Source: Nymphaea colorata (Eukaryota). From it: a DNA stretch of 64,000 nucleotides. How positions within the stretch are numbered: position 1 is the first letter of the stretch; each line of letters begins with the position of its first letter. The notes beneath the pieces are model-generated. The model was not told the origin of the DNA. It did no database searches and saw only the letters and a list, made by a program, of their open reading frames with translations. Both the position numbers and the translations under genes were made by a program. The stretch is taken from assembly GCF_008831285.2 (NCBI RefSeq), contig NC_045138.2, positions 33,232,001-33,296,000 on the forward strand, in the 5' to 3' direction. Below, piece after piece: positions 37,622-50,127 of this stretch.

Positions 37622-38847
37622 GGCTGTGTTTGGATGACACCCCAAAACAGGGTTTCTGGAGGAAAAACCTGGTTTTGAGCAGGTTTTGTAAAAGCTGCCC
37701 TCTCCCAGGTTTTTCATCTGAAAACCTGGTTTTGAGCAGGGGCAGCGTGAATTGGTTCTATCAATAACATGCATTAGTGCAGCTCCATGAACCACAGAGT
37801 ATTGTTTATAGGTTTCAGCCTTGCATCTTGAAGCTGCTTTGCGGTGGACGAGAACATGCATAGGCATCCTTTGCAGCTGCTGCAGGTATAATCTCCCTTT
37901 TATTTAGTTGCATCTCTATGATCCATCTATTAGGTTGTATTGACGTTCCACCATGAATTTTTTCATTTTTTGTTTCTTGTTCGTTTTTATTTGTCCACTA
38001 TTGGAGCTACAAAACATTAGAAATACCATACTGATATATATCAGTGTGTAAAGTATGAACATCGTTCTGCACATCTGAGAAAGACATCTCATGTTCACAA
38101 ATTTGTGCAAGTGCTTGATCACCATCTAAATTTGGAATCTTAATGTATATGAAAGGTTTTAAACCTGCTAAACTGTCATCGTTGCACAATTGGGGAGTAT
38201 CAGTTGTTAAAATCCTCTATGTTGCTGCAATGCTTGTTGTCTTTCTTGTGTGCTTGTGCCTTTCCTAGCTACTTAAGAGTTACTGAAAGTGGTGCCTTCC
38301 ATCGATTGTTAGTGTCCTATTGGAAGCTCACAATGTTATTCTATTTGTTTCAAATTCTTTGTGTTGGCCATTTTTTGCCAGCAAGATCGGTTGGACAAAA
38401 GAGAATGGTGTGCTCAAATTCTACGGTGCATGTCAGTATATGCATTTCTAAGAGGCAATAAACATTGGTCGTTTTCAAATTTATCAGGGGAAACTCAATA
38501 TGTTGAACCTGGCAACTTTCTTTCTACTTAAAACTACTTGACATGTTTAACTGGTTTTGATACTAGCAATGCAGTGTACCTATTGGTGTTTCAAATTTCA
38601 GCCCGTTTCAGCTGAAATTTGGTTCTAGAGCCACAGTTAAAAAACCAGGTTATGTTCATCTGAAATTTGGTTCTAGAGCCACAGTTAAAAAAGCAGGTTT
38701 TGTTCATCCAAACAAAAACCCAGTTTAAAAGGAAAAAACGTGATTTTGTATTGGCATCCAAACAGGAAAACGAGGCTTTAAACCAGGTTTGCAAAACCAG
38801 GTTTCCTCACAATCTGGTTTTGAAGGCATGTCATGCAAACAATCCCT
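37622..38847. mobile_element. PIF/Harbinger (Tourist-like) non-autonomous element, ~1.2 kb
   Basis: TTA|GGCTGTGTTTGGATGACAC on the left and ATGTCATGCAAACAATCCCT|TTA on the right (imperfect TIR, TTA target). Subterminal AAAACCTGGTTTT/AAAACCAGGTTT repeats occur at both ends. Confidence 0.6.
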
Positions 38848-39299
38848 TTAGTCTTTCAAAATTTGCACATTCTTTTGTCAAATTCTTCTAAAATCCCGAA
38901 ACGAGTTTTGATACAAGCAGTTGGAAAGGAAATTAATTTACCGCATTTCCTTCTTTTTTTCCAATTTTCGTATATTTTGAGTGATATATTTTGTTAAATA
39001 ATCTCTTCTGCTAAATGAGACTAAAGTAATTCGGCTTCTCATTAACCATATCTAACCGTTACCTCCCATTATCTCACCTTTCTGAAAAGAACAGCAAAAG
39101 ATGTTGTTCAAGGAAGTCACTGATATCTCATGAGCCCTGGTCAGAAGGACCTGAATTTTGAACAGAGCATGATGGGGAGGAGGCGCCTACATTAATATAG
39201 GAGTTTCCAGCTTATTCATTGCCACTCGATTGGGCCCAATAGTAACATGAGGTGAGTTCCATCTAGTCCCCACCACCAGGATCTTCATCTGCATAGATA

Positions 39300-40100
39300 T
39301 ATAGATGAGACTTCTTCTTTGGGGAGAAGGATATCTAAAGCTACATGTGCAGATCTGTCAATGAGTTGGGTATCTGCCAGATCTCAGTTTGACAGTATTC
39401 AACAAAACAAAACTATGCAAATTCCAGTACTCACTCTGTTAATAATCTAGGTTTTCAGAAAGTAAATTTCAACTCAGCTCGATATAAACTGTGTGTTACA
39501 TGATTGTTGTGGTAAAATGATCATACAGTGCGAGTGGTAATGCCAAAGTTTTGTGAGTAGAAGATATAAAATTGCCGTGACGTCCACCTGCAGAAGGGAA
39601 GTCCGTGCTCAGCCGCTGCTAGCAAAATGGACCACAGGAGCGCGAAATTCGAGCTGGCTTCTGAACCACATGAGACGATCCTAGATACATTTATTTCGTT
39701 TGTTCCTTCGTCTTCTTCACTGGTCCCAGTTGCATTGCAGTTTTAACTTCAAAGAGACAGTGCGTGCAAGGAAGTTCCAAGATCTGTTTTCTTTTTCTCA
39801 GTACATTGATTGCACATGCAAAAACGAACGTCTCATGGATTGGCCGTGAGTTATTTCCATCGCTAATTTGTGGAGGTGGAAAGAATCGTCCGAATGGGAG
39901 ATCGATTTCACTGAAAGGGGAGGCATGGCTCTGGGGCCTGAGGGGATCAGACGGAACGATAGTGGGCACCGGGAAAGGATATATGTCAGGTGGTGCATTG
40001 ATCGCTACGAGTTGGCCGGTCCCAGAGCTGCCCGTGAAGGCCTTTACCAGGGTCTGATGGTTTTCCAAGGGATCGCTTTCTAGGGTGTTAAACTGCAAAG
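39300..40100 (+). mobile_element. Decayed L1-type LINE 3' end (zf-RVT and RNase H-like)
   Basis: Traces QYSTKQNYA, ETILD/IYFVCSF (cf. ET..HLFF.C.F) and GLRGSDGTIVGTGKGY...ALIAT/ELAGPRAAREGL (cf. RVT_3 G..LRD..G...AEL.A.REGL). Confidence 0.45.
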
Positions 40101-43100
40101 ATCTTCAAAGGAGGATAATCAGCTGCTTGATTTCTCTACAAAAGAGTGTTATGTAATATAATATACACTGCACGATAACGTTTAGATGTTATCTCCTCCA
40201 AAAGAAAAGGGAAACTATATTACAACAATTTGATAACGTCCAACATAGGGTTCAATGACGATGCTCCTTGTTATGTCCTTAATCTGATGCAGAATTGGTG
40301 ATTCGATTCCACCGCCCTCTTAGTTTAGGACTGGTTCAGGCTTTGAGTAGAAAGAGGAACACCCACTAATAAAAGCACCTGCATTAACTCATTTCTTTTC
40401 TTCCTCATGTTTTCGTCACCTCTGCGAGTGAATCTTTCATCGTTTTCAGGTATCGATCAAGCGTTGTCTTAAAAAAAGCGATAAGCGACTGGCCTGCCAT
40501 ACAGCACAATTAAAACCTGAAATGGAATGAACTCAATGATGGCACTACTCAAAAGAGAGATTTAAACCCTCAACCAACGGTCTATCAGCCAGGGCCCCGG
40601 CCAGATTGTTCGACCACAAACAGCAGTCATCATGAAGTTGAAACCCACCGCCTCCATTGAATCTTGAGCATGCCTCTCTCGACCTCACGAATGATTTACA
40701 AGTAGAAATGGTAAGTATATGGTGAAAGATATAATTTTCAAAATTTTCCACACTGTACATGCACTCTTAGTTAAAAAAAAAAAAAAAAAAAAAAAAAACC
40801 TGTTTTTAAAAAACGATTCATAAAACGACAAAACCCACTTTTTTTAATGCAAAAAGAGAAACTCAATTTTCAAGTTCTTTCACGATTTTTCCCATTTTTA
40901 GGTAGTTTTTGTGTTTTTTTCATGCCAAACTGCTTGTTTCTATGTTTTTAAATTTTTATTAATTGCCATGAGCTTATTTTTTATGTTATCTTATTACTTT
41001 CCAATTTATTTTATTTTTCCTTAGTTTTTAAGATTTTTGTAATATTTTAAAAATATGTCGTATTTTTCCATTTTTTCAAACCTACCGCCTTTAAAACACG
41101 AACACGATAAATACATATATATATATAGGGCTCAATTAATGCTTGACATTGCCTCCTAACTAATCAGAATAACCCCAATAATTTGCTCAAGGACCACCGA
41201 CTTTGCCGGGGTGGCCGTGGCTCCCTCCCGGTCCCCAGACGTATCGGGCCTTGCACATCAATGCATCTCAAACTTCTCCGGCCATTAACCATAAAGAGAT
41301 CGGCCACAAAAAGGATGGGAGCAAAAATTCGGCAGCATCATCACAGATGATGTTGATGCGATGAGCGGCGCCTTTAATATTATCATATAGCATGACAATT
41401 GGCAGAAAGCGGTCGACTACCTTCAATGCAGCGAAGCATGATTATTAGAGATCGACGATCGGAAGAAAGTGGCTCATCGAAGCATGATCCTCTAAGAGCC
41501 TGGGAGCAATACTTTTCATGGTAAGGATGATTCATATTGCCCTACATATTCTTGCATTTCATTTCATCCAAGTCTCTATGACAAGTACTTCCAGTTGGAA
41601 TATAAAATGGACATTGGTTCTACTTGGAATCAAAATCAATTTATTGATGCTTAACATGATAACAGTACAATGTAAAAAACAAAAAATACAAATCTTGAAA
41701 CAAATCTCAAATCAGAAACTCAATCTGTCGTGCATGGTAGAATATATGGACCTCATCTCAAGTATTATTTAATTCATGCCATCATAAAAGCTGGCCCTCC
41801 TCGTCAGCTGTATGGAGCCATTTACAGTAGATATCTCGAAATAGACGCCAATTTAATATGCCCAAAAGATACTAGTTAGGTAATCTAAACAAACCAAAAA
41901 AGCAGAAAGCTAAAGTCCTGCAACCCAAGATGAATGGACATCGAATGTCATCAACACGAAATGACCAACATTCCGAGAATAGCCACTTCACATTCTACTT
42001 CTCTCTCTCTCTCTTTCTGTTTTCTTCTTGGTAGGCGACATTCGATTGTCATTAAGAACAGTGGCTTCTTCCCAACTCTTGGACCAAATAAATTCAAAGT
42101 CAAGAAAGACTATATATATATATATAACTTCGGCCTAACTCCGACACTTAAACCTAGCTAGCTAGGTGGATTAGCTTGAGGCCGTTGATTAGCAAATAAG
42201 CATCTTAGGTTTTGTATCAGATAACTTATCAATTGCATGAAATACTTTTCTATTGGAGAAAGACGACGAGAATCGGATGTGGAAAATATTTACCTCCTAA
42301 AGGGGCCTGGCTCCCGCTTAGATCAAACGCCGGTCTACGTCGCTATCGAAAAACTTAAATAGTCCTGCCCGGGCAGGTCAGGTCAACGTAGCCTAAGACC
42401 TGCCCGGGTTAGCTGACTGAGCTCGACCCAGCACGTCCTAGTCAATCACGTGACATACTTCACATGTTCCCAACTAACTTCAGACCCAGCATCACTTTCC
42501 ACCAGCATTTCACGGTTTATTCGATGCATCCTTTACTTTTAGTTACCACTCTCTTATGCCAACCAAATCAATTGTGAAAATGATTGATTGGAATCGGCAA
42601 AGTTAATCTTGAAATTGACCCTAAGTTTGATCAACAATCAAATATTTGCTTATCGAAACCATCGCGCGGAGACTTTGGCCAGGACTTGACCCACTGAGGC
42701 CGTCTCACCTGAATCGAGGTCGGTGAAGTCAATGACGTGCGCGAGGGAACTTGACATGAACTGTAATTACGTGCAATTTCATCCATGAGATTCCAAGTCT
42801 GCGTTTTTTGTAATCGAATTCCACTTGAGCTGAACGTTGGTACTTTCAAATGGATCGGGATACAGATCTGGGTAGCATATAGATCCAAGTGGGGATATAT
42901 GTGAACTGTCTCTAGTTGTAATGCTTAAACTGTTCTTTTATACAGTGCTGATAAATAACGACGGCTTCTTCTTTCTGAAAATGCCACGATGGTATTCATC
43001 GATATTGCTTGAACCGTGATGATGCTCTGTATATATTCAGATGGCATCGTTTTCTGACGTTGCTTGTGCCATCATCTTGCATGAACAACTATTCTTATAT

Positions 43101-43239
43101 TTATTTGCTTGAAAGTCATTTCCTAGAAGTGTCAAAAAGTTTTTTCTGCTTCCTTCAGAAGGAAGGCCTTTCTTTTTCTTATGAAAGTCGTTTTTTACGT
43201 TAATTAATTATGTAAGTTTTTATAAAAGCTCAGTTTAAG

Positions 43240-43465
43240 TTTGTTGAGCCTTAATCGAGTTGAGCTCGAGTTATGGTAAAGTAATAGTTTATATATTCAA
43301 ACGAGTTTTTCAAACCTTAATAGAATCGAGCTCGATCTCAACACGTAACTGCCGAGTCGAGCTCGAACTGCTTCTATCGAGCTCCAGCCGAGCTCAAGGT
43401 TTCATTAGTCGAGCCGAGCTTGAGTTGGCTGAACTCAGGCTCGACTCGGCTTGTGTTTTGACCCC
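43240..43465. repeat. TCGAGCTCGA-rich dispersed repeat (non-autonomous DNA-transposon end); related fragment at 13415-13495
   Basis: Multiple GAGCTCGAG/TCGAGCCGAGC/CTCGACTCGG motifs ending ...TTGACCCC. Confidence 0.5.
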
Positions 43466-43931
43466 CTTTGCCAATGAACCATATGGAACCAAGGGCAGAT
43501 ATAGGTAGGGTCTTGCCCCGCTCAACCCATTCTCTAAAAACATAATTTAATTGTTGGACTTGGGTCAACTTATATAAGACAGCTCCATGAGACCCGAGGT
43601 CACTGTTCCAATTAAAAATTTGTTAACCATATATTTAGTTTTTCATGAAAAAAATTCTGACTTCACCCTTGAGGACCTGTGTATTAAGAGGACCCAATCG
43701 AATCACACACTCAAACCATGCTATAAACCTGGCTTTTCATTAAACTATTGAACTTTTGCGTCAAATGATTAAATGTATATGGTTCTGATGCTAAAAGTAG
43801 TTTCGTGGAAAATACAAGTTTCTGACACGGTTTTAAAGTCATCTAGACTAGCTAAAATTGACTAAAGTGTGCAGACCTGACCTGAGATCTTAATTTTATC
43901 AAGATCTTTGTAGATCTACCATCCATCCGGC

Positions 43932-44250
43932 TAAGGATGTCAACCGATTGGATTCAAAGTGGATATATTATTAACTATATCTACTTTTTTTGAAATTCTA
44001 AGATTTAAATATGAACAAAAAAAGGTCAGATCTGAATCTGAATTCGAAATTTGATTTCATAATCCGAATCACATTTTTGTAATCATATATTCAAATTTTC
44101 AACATGTGAGAGTATTGGATATAAGATATTTGTTTAAAACTAAATTTGAAACCGAATCCGATCCGATTTTTCAATTAGATATTTAATTTCTTTCCATATC
44201 CCATTTTTTTAAGAATGTTCAGTTAGATATCGGATTCGATCTGCAACTGC
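43932..44250. mobile_element. Non-autonomous DNA-transposon/MITE family copy B
   Basis: Homologous to 17935-18250; rich in CCGAATCC/CGGAT subterminal motifs. Confidence 0.5.
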
Positions 44251-45062
44251 TTCAGTTACACTTCACAGTTTGAAGCACCAAGATATACCATGATATTGAA
44301 TCAGAAATCATTATTTATTCAATTTTTCCTAGACGGCTGAACTTTCAATGACCAAAACTTCCGAAACACTTCACTATCTTTATTTAACTATGGCAATAAA
44401 TAGATAATACGACAGGGAAGGAAGCCAACACCGAAGCAGCTCTATCGTCAACTCTTCCGTCTTCTCATATCTCATAATCAAATGTGCACCATGCACATTG
44501 AAAGGGAAGGAAGCTGAGGAGAGTCGCCGTGCTAACGCTTGTGAGTGTATATATATATATATAAATTGTTAACATTTTTCAATGTTGATCCAAACTTGTA
44601 TTCCGATCTGAGAAAATGGATCATGCTATCCAAATCTCGATGCAAGAATCTACATCTTAAAGGACCATGTTAGGACCCTTTTTTCATCAAAAGCTCGATG
44701 CTTTTTCATGGTAAAAACATACAGGCACGGCAAAATAAACTCTTTTAGCTTTCAAATTTCTTCTGTTAGAAGAATGATATCTCTCAAGGCCGTCGGAGTA
44801 TCTTGGACTCCGTTCCTTGCTGCTATGTTTAACCAACGATCGTGGGATTGGATTGATCGTTGTCTTCATTCTCTGATTTCTGAGAGTTTGAGTGTCTTTT
44901 TCGCCTCTTAAAGATATTGTTTCTTGGTGTTGAAGGAAAATTGCATGACTTTTATATAGTCAAGTTTTTATCAAGTGCCAGGCCTTTCGAACTGTGATTG
45001 GCATATGAAAAATTGAGTTAATTAAGTAATCCCTGTGGTCTTAATTATATTAATATATGAAG

Positions 45063-45217
45063 CAATGGTGGAGTTAAAAAGAAAATTGGCTGAAGGGGTG
45101 CTCGTTTAAAAATACTCATAGCTGGTTATACACTTATATATATATATGTCTATTTAAAAATAAAAAATTTTTAAGAGGCTGGTGTGAGTAATTCACCATG
45201 TAGCTCCTCCTCTATTG
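45063..45217. mobile_element. hAT-type MITE, 155 bp, 8-bp TSD
   Basis: Flanked by ATATGAAG at 45055-45062 and 45218-45225. Imperfect TIRs CAATGGTGGAGTTA ... TAGCTCCTCCTCTATTG. Confidence 0.75.
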
Positions 45218-46548
45218 ATATGAAGATCTACTATATGAAGATGACGTAGGCGCTTAGCTTTTCAATGAAGGTTTAGGATGAAACTCTGTGGCAGAGAAGA
45301 GTCGAAGATAACTCTCTCTTTCTCTCTCTAGAAACTTAATTTAAAAAGGAACGAGCAGGGACCGGATATGTAAACCTTGGACGCCGTTTTTTCAAGGACA
45401 CGAAACTTGTTTCATAGGTTCTTCAGGCATAAAAAATTAAAAAATGTTCTGAAGGTTGGGGTCCTTGAAAAGATGTTGCTAGTTGAAATATCAATGTTTT
45501 AATAATAAAGTATTGAAGCAATACTAACCAAAATCATTCGAAATATATAAATACATATACTGCAAGAAGTTCCCAATACGCGTTTACTTAAAGAGAGGGA
45601 AGGGAAGAACAGATTAAGACCAAATTAACAAAGTGTGGAAGGGGAATAAGGTCGCGGACTCCTTGCATCCTTACTCCGGTCCCTCCATCCTCTTCTCAAA
45701 ATACATAGAAAAAACAAGTGAAACCTACAGCCCGTGCCTCTTGTGTTCATTTACGTAGCCCACGTGGTTGCTACTTTTCATCAATAAATGTATGAAAATA
45801 ATCAAAGTGTTGAAATTTTCGTGCTTTTAATAGCTTTTCACAAGGCATTAAATGTTCGAAAAGTAGCTTAACGATTAAAAATAAACTGCTGGAGTGAAAA
45901 AAATTTGCGGATTAGTCTCCCTGGCGGCAATGCTACTTTTGAACATCAGCTTTTTCTCGTTGATTTTTGAACATAAAATGTTGTTTTCTTGAAGAAAATG
46001 TATGATTAAAAGTGCCAGAGTTCTCCCTGGTGAGCTGGCGGGTCATAACTCATAAGTCCGCGGCCTGACCCGCGCCAATCTAGCGACCTCCACCAATTCC
46101 TGAAATACCCTCAGACCTGACACTGTAATACAAGCAGCCGTTTCTTAACTCGCTCGGACCCATCAGGTCACATCCGTCAAAAAAAAAAAGAAAAAAGAAA
46201 GTAATCTTGCATGAATTCGTTTTGGCTTCCCGCAATCTGCCTTTACTCGGGACGGGCGGCGGTGCGGGCCCCCAGAACTCCCTCCTCTACGTCGTTGACC
46301 GCTTGTTGTTTAAAATAGGACGACCGAGGACCTGGAGAGCTTACCCGCGAAGGCGAGTGGCGCGAGAAACCGAAGGCTGCCGGAGCAGCGGCGGCGTCGA
46401 CAGCAAACTTCGGTGGTGCGGATTCGCGCCACCGAAAGAGCGGCCTTCAGAGCGGGGCGACGCCTGCCGAGGGTGCTGACCGGATGACCCACCGGACTGG
46501 AGACGGTTTTCACGCCTGAGCCTCATCTGTTTGCCCCTTGACGTAAAA

Positions 46549-47553
46549 ATGATGATCAAGAGAGAGGACGGGAAGAAGGGGGAGAGGAAGGGTCGGTTCT
46601 TCGCCTGCTTCAGGCCGCACGCGGACGCCACGGATCCACCTGCGCGGAAGGACACAGGTTCGGAGTCCGTCCTGGCGCTGATTGCCGTGTCGAAGAAGGA
46701 GCTCATCCCGGTGATCGTCGAGCCGAAAGCCAAGCAGAATATGGAGACTCTGTCGCTGAATTCCGAGTCGTCCAGACGAAAGAAGCCCTGCCGGTTTCTC
46801 GGACTCAAGAGGGCGATTTTTTGCAATGCAAAGGTGAGAACTCGCCGGAGTCAGGGTGATATCTTTCACATGTTTTCGATTCTTAAGCCCTGGGACGGCT
46901 GATTTCTGAATGTTCCTTGTTCTCAGGGAAGGATTTGTGACGGGAAAGTCCAGCAAGACCCCCGACGGTCTTCGGAAAGTGCGAAGATCTTCCTCGTTGA
47001 GCCAATTCCGCCTGTAAAACCGCAGGAACAGGAGCGGAAACTAGGTGGCTCGCCCATCCTGAAATCCGATTCAAACTGCCTGTCTCCATCGTCTTCTTTT
47101 TCCCCCTTCTCCACCTCAAGTTCTGTTTTAAGCAGGTCAAAAAAGTCGAACTCCATCTCGCGCCGGAAGACAGATTTTGCAACGGTTGCCTCTGGTTCTC
47201 GGCACGGGAAGCAGGCATCCTCTCCTCGATCCGAAAGCGGGAAAGCTCCAATTCCGGACGGGGAAAAAGGACCCGAGCCGGCGCTGGGTCCGATCATCGG
47301 ACTATTCTGCTTTCTAGCATTCAGCCTCTCGGTGACGGTGATCTGGGGGCGGATCTACGCGATCTTGTTTACGTTGATCTGGTCGTGCTTCGTTGGCCGA
47401 AGGAGGGAGCTCAGCTCGCCTGAAAACATCAAACGACCGGAGAGTCCGATCGTTCCGCCGGAGCCAGACTCGATCGAGTACCGGAAACGCGTCATCATGG
47501 AAGGTATTTTGGAGAGGAGCCACCGCCACAGGGCTCCAAAGCGGGGCGGCTGA
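46549..47553 (+). CDS. Uncharacterised At5g23160-like membrane protein, 303 aa, 2 exons
   Basis: Exons 46549-46833 and 46927-47553 (GT-AG, open frame). N-terminal FFACFRP, Ser-rich middle, TM segment SLSVTVIWGRIYAILFTLIW, and C-terminal SIEYRKRVIMEGILER, which is characteristic of this family. Confidence 0.85.
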
Positions 47554-48989
47554 GTAACTCCATACACGCAGGAGATCCTTCTTGGAATCGGAGCCATGTC
47601 TCGGTAATTCCCCAAACTGCTAAAAACTTTTCGGAATTTACATTTACATTTACATTTTCCATTTTTCCTTGTGAAAAAGACAAAAACACAAAATCTTTTT
47701 TCTGGACGATAGCTGGCGTACATGGTGGATAACTGTCAAACTTCCCGTGTGGGGCCACCAATGGACACATTGACAGTCCATAGATATGTTATTTCTTGGA
47801 AGAGAAAAAACCAACAAAAACTGTAAAATAAACATAGCCCCTTAAATTTTACAATTAAAAGAATTTTGTAAATGTAACTTTACTGTCAATGTAACGAGAA
47901 AGCTGACATGTAATGAGAAAGCGATATTCCTCTCGTCATAATCCAAAACCATGGTAAATGCAACAAAAGTTAGAAGACTGCCTTTAAATTGTTAGAAAAC
48001 TCTCCATGGCCGAAGATCCGTTTATTCGATTTTCAGATTGATATTAGTGCTATCAAACGTAGCGCTTTAAATGTTGCAAGTCTTAATTTTTACGTATCTA
48101 TTTACATATCCTAATGAAATTGAACAATGGCAGATTTTCGATTTTCCATAGTTAATTAAAGGACTGACTGTTTACTTCATTGGTTGGTATTTAAATCTGT
48201 CTTGGCAGGTGACACGTCTGCTCTGCTGCCTTTGAAGATGGTGGAGGTAAATTAAAACGCATAGCATCAGAGAGAAGGGACCTGCCCGATCTCGTTTATT
48301 TCCTGTCGACACGGTACAAACTAAACTACAAAAAGAGATTATAACCACCAGCGAATTGCGGTGTGGTGGTTACTGGTTACTGCAATGAAGTGGGTTTCCT
48401 TTTTCTATGTAAATGTAAATGGAAAGAGAGCTGAGTTAACCTTTAATTTGTTGTCCACTTGTGGTAGGACGTCATTCTTGCTTCCTTCTGTTCTCATTGA
48501 AATGTTACTAATCATTTGCGTTGGAGACGAGGGTCGGTCGTCGGTGACTCGGGGGAACGACTGCTATATTCATGATTGTGGCCTTATAATTCAAGAAGTA
48601 TTCATTGCCATGGCCTCCCTTAATATGCCATAACAAGCGGTAGACTTTTGTAGATCAAGCAATCATAGGACATTCAAAGAAAGCAGGGGCCGCTATTTAA
48701 TTTTCACAATGTTTGCCAGGGCCAAATTAAAAAATTTAAATACATTAAACAATAAAAAAATTATTTTATTAAAAAAAATCAGGAGTGCCAATGGCCCCTG
48801 CCAGCCTCCTTTCTTTCAATTTAAATGTCACCACCTTTAACCACAACCAATTTTAACCAGGTGAAGTAGAATTTCTTGGACTTATGATTTGATAGAACAA
48901 GCAATTAACAATTTAATTATACCATATTCCTGTTGAAGCCTCTGTTATATTTCAACTTACATGTTAATAATCATCAAATGTAAATCTTG

Positions 48990-49922
48990 TTTTAAGAGCC
49001 TGAAATAAAGAACGATCAACTACACCCCCATCGAAAAATAGTTATTGTTTTAGGAGCTTGAAATAAAGATGGCTCAACTACAAATGATTGTTGAATTAGG
49101 AGTTTGAAATAAAGATCGATCAACTCCAAATGATTGTTGAATTAGGAGCTTGAAATAAAGATCGATCAACTACAAATGATTGTTGAATTAGGAGCTTGAA
49201 ATAAAGATCGATCAACTACAAATGATTGTGGTTTTAGGAGCTTGAAATAAAGATCGATCAACTACAAATGATTGTTGAATTAGGAGTTTGAAATAAAGAT
49301 CGATCAACTACAAATGATTGTTGAATTAGGAGCTTGAAATAAAGATCGATCAACTACAAATGATTGTTGAATTAGGAGCTTGAAATAAAGATCGATCAAC
49401 TACAAATGATTGTGGTTTTAGGAGCTTGAAATAAAGATCGATCAACTACAAATGATTGTTATTTTAGGAGCTTGAAATAAAAATCGATCAACTACAAATG
49501 ATTGTTGAATTAGGAGCTTGAAATAAAGATCGATCAACTACCCATGTCTGTTGGGCCGACCCCCATCGAAAAATAGTTAATTGTTTTAGGAGCTTGAAAT
49601 AAAGATCGATCAACCACAAAAGGTTGTAGAATTAGGAGCTTGAAATAAAGATCGATCAACCACAAAAGGTTGTTGAATTAGGAGCTTGAAATAAAGATGA
49701 TCAACTACAAATGATTGTTGTTTTAGGAGCTTGAAATAAAGATCGATCAACTACAAATGATTGTTGTTTTAGGAGCTTGAAATAAAGATCATCAACTACA
49801 AATGATTGTTGAATTAGGAGCTTGAAATAAAGATCAGTCAACTACAAATGATTGTTGAATTAGGAACTTGAAATAAAGATCGATCAACTAATTAGGAGCT
49901 TGAAATAAAGATCGATCAACTA
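48990..49922. repeat. 46-bp tandem minisatellite, ~20 copies
   Basis: Unit AATTAGGAGCTTGAAATAAAGATCGATCAACTACAAATGATTGTTG at 46-bp period (49094, 49140, 49186...). Interrupted at ~49541-49580. Confidence 0.97.
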
Positions 49923-50127
49923 CCCATTGTCCGTCGGGCCGACCCCGCATCGAAGAAGGACTCGTGTTTGCATCCAAATTTTGGTTGGATGACCCGAATC
50001 GGGAATAGTGTGTGGGATTCGGATAATAAATGGACCCAGTTGTACCCGTGTCCGCCTGGTATAAATGGCTCGCAGCGTGCCGGTTATCGCTTTGGCCATT
50101 TCTTCCTAATCCTCCCCCGCTGGAACG

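Noticed and set aside
41331..41356. miR172 precursor (GCAGCATCATCA resembles miR172*)
   Set aside because: It is only a 10-bp hairpin with a 3-nt loop, and there is no mature AGAATCTTGATGATGCTGCAT arm nearby.
48990..49922. CRISPR array or snoRNA cluster
   Set aside because: Units are contiguous with no unique spacers, there are no cas genes, and there is no box D (CTGA) paired with a box C. The context is eukaryotic.
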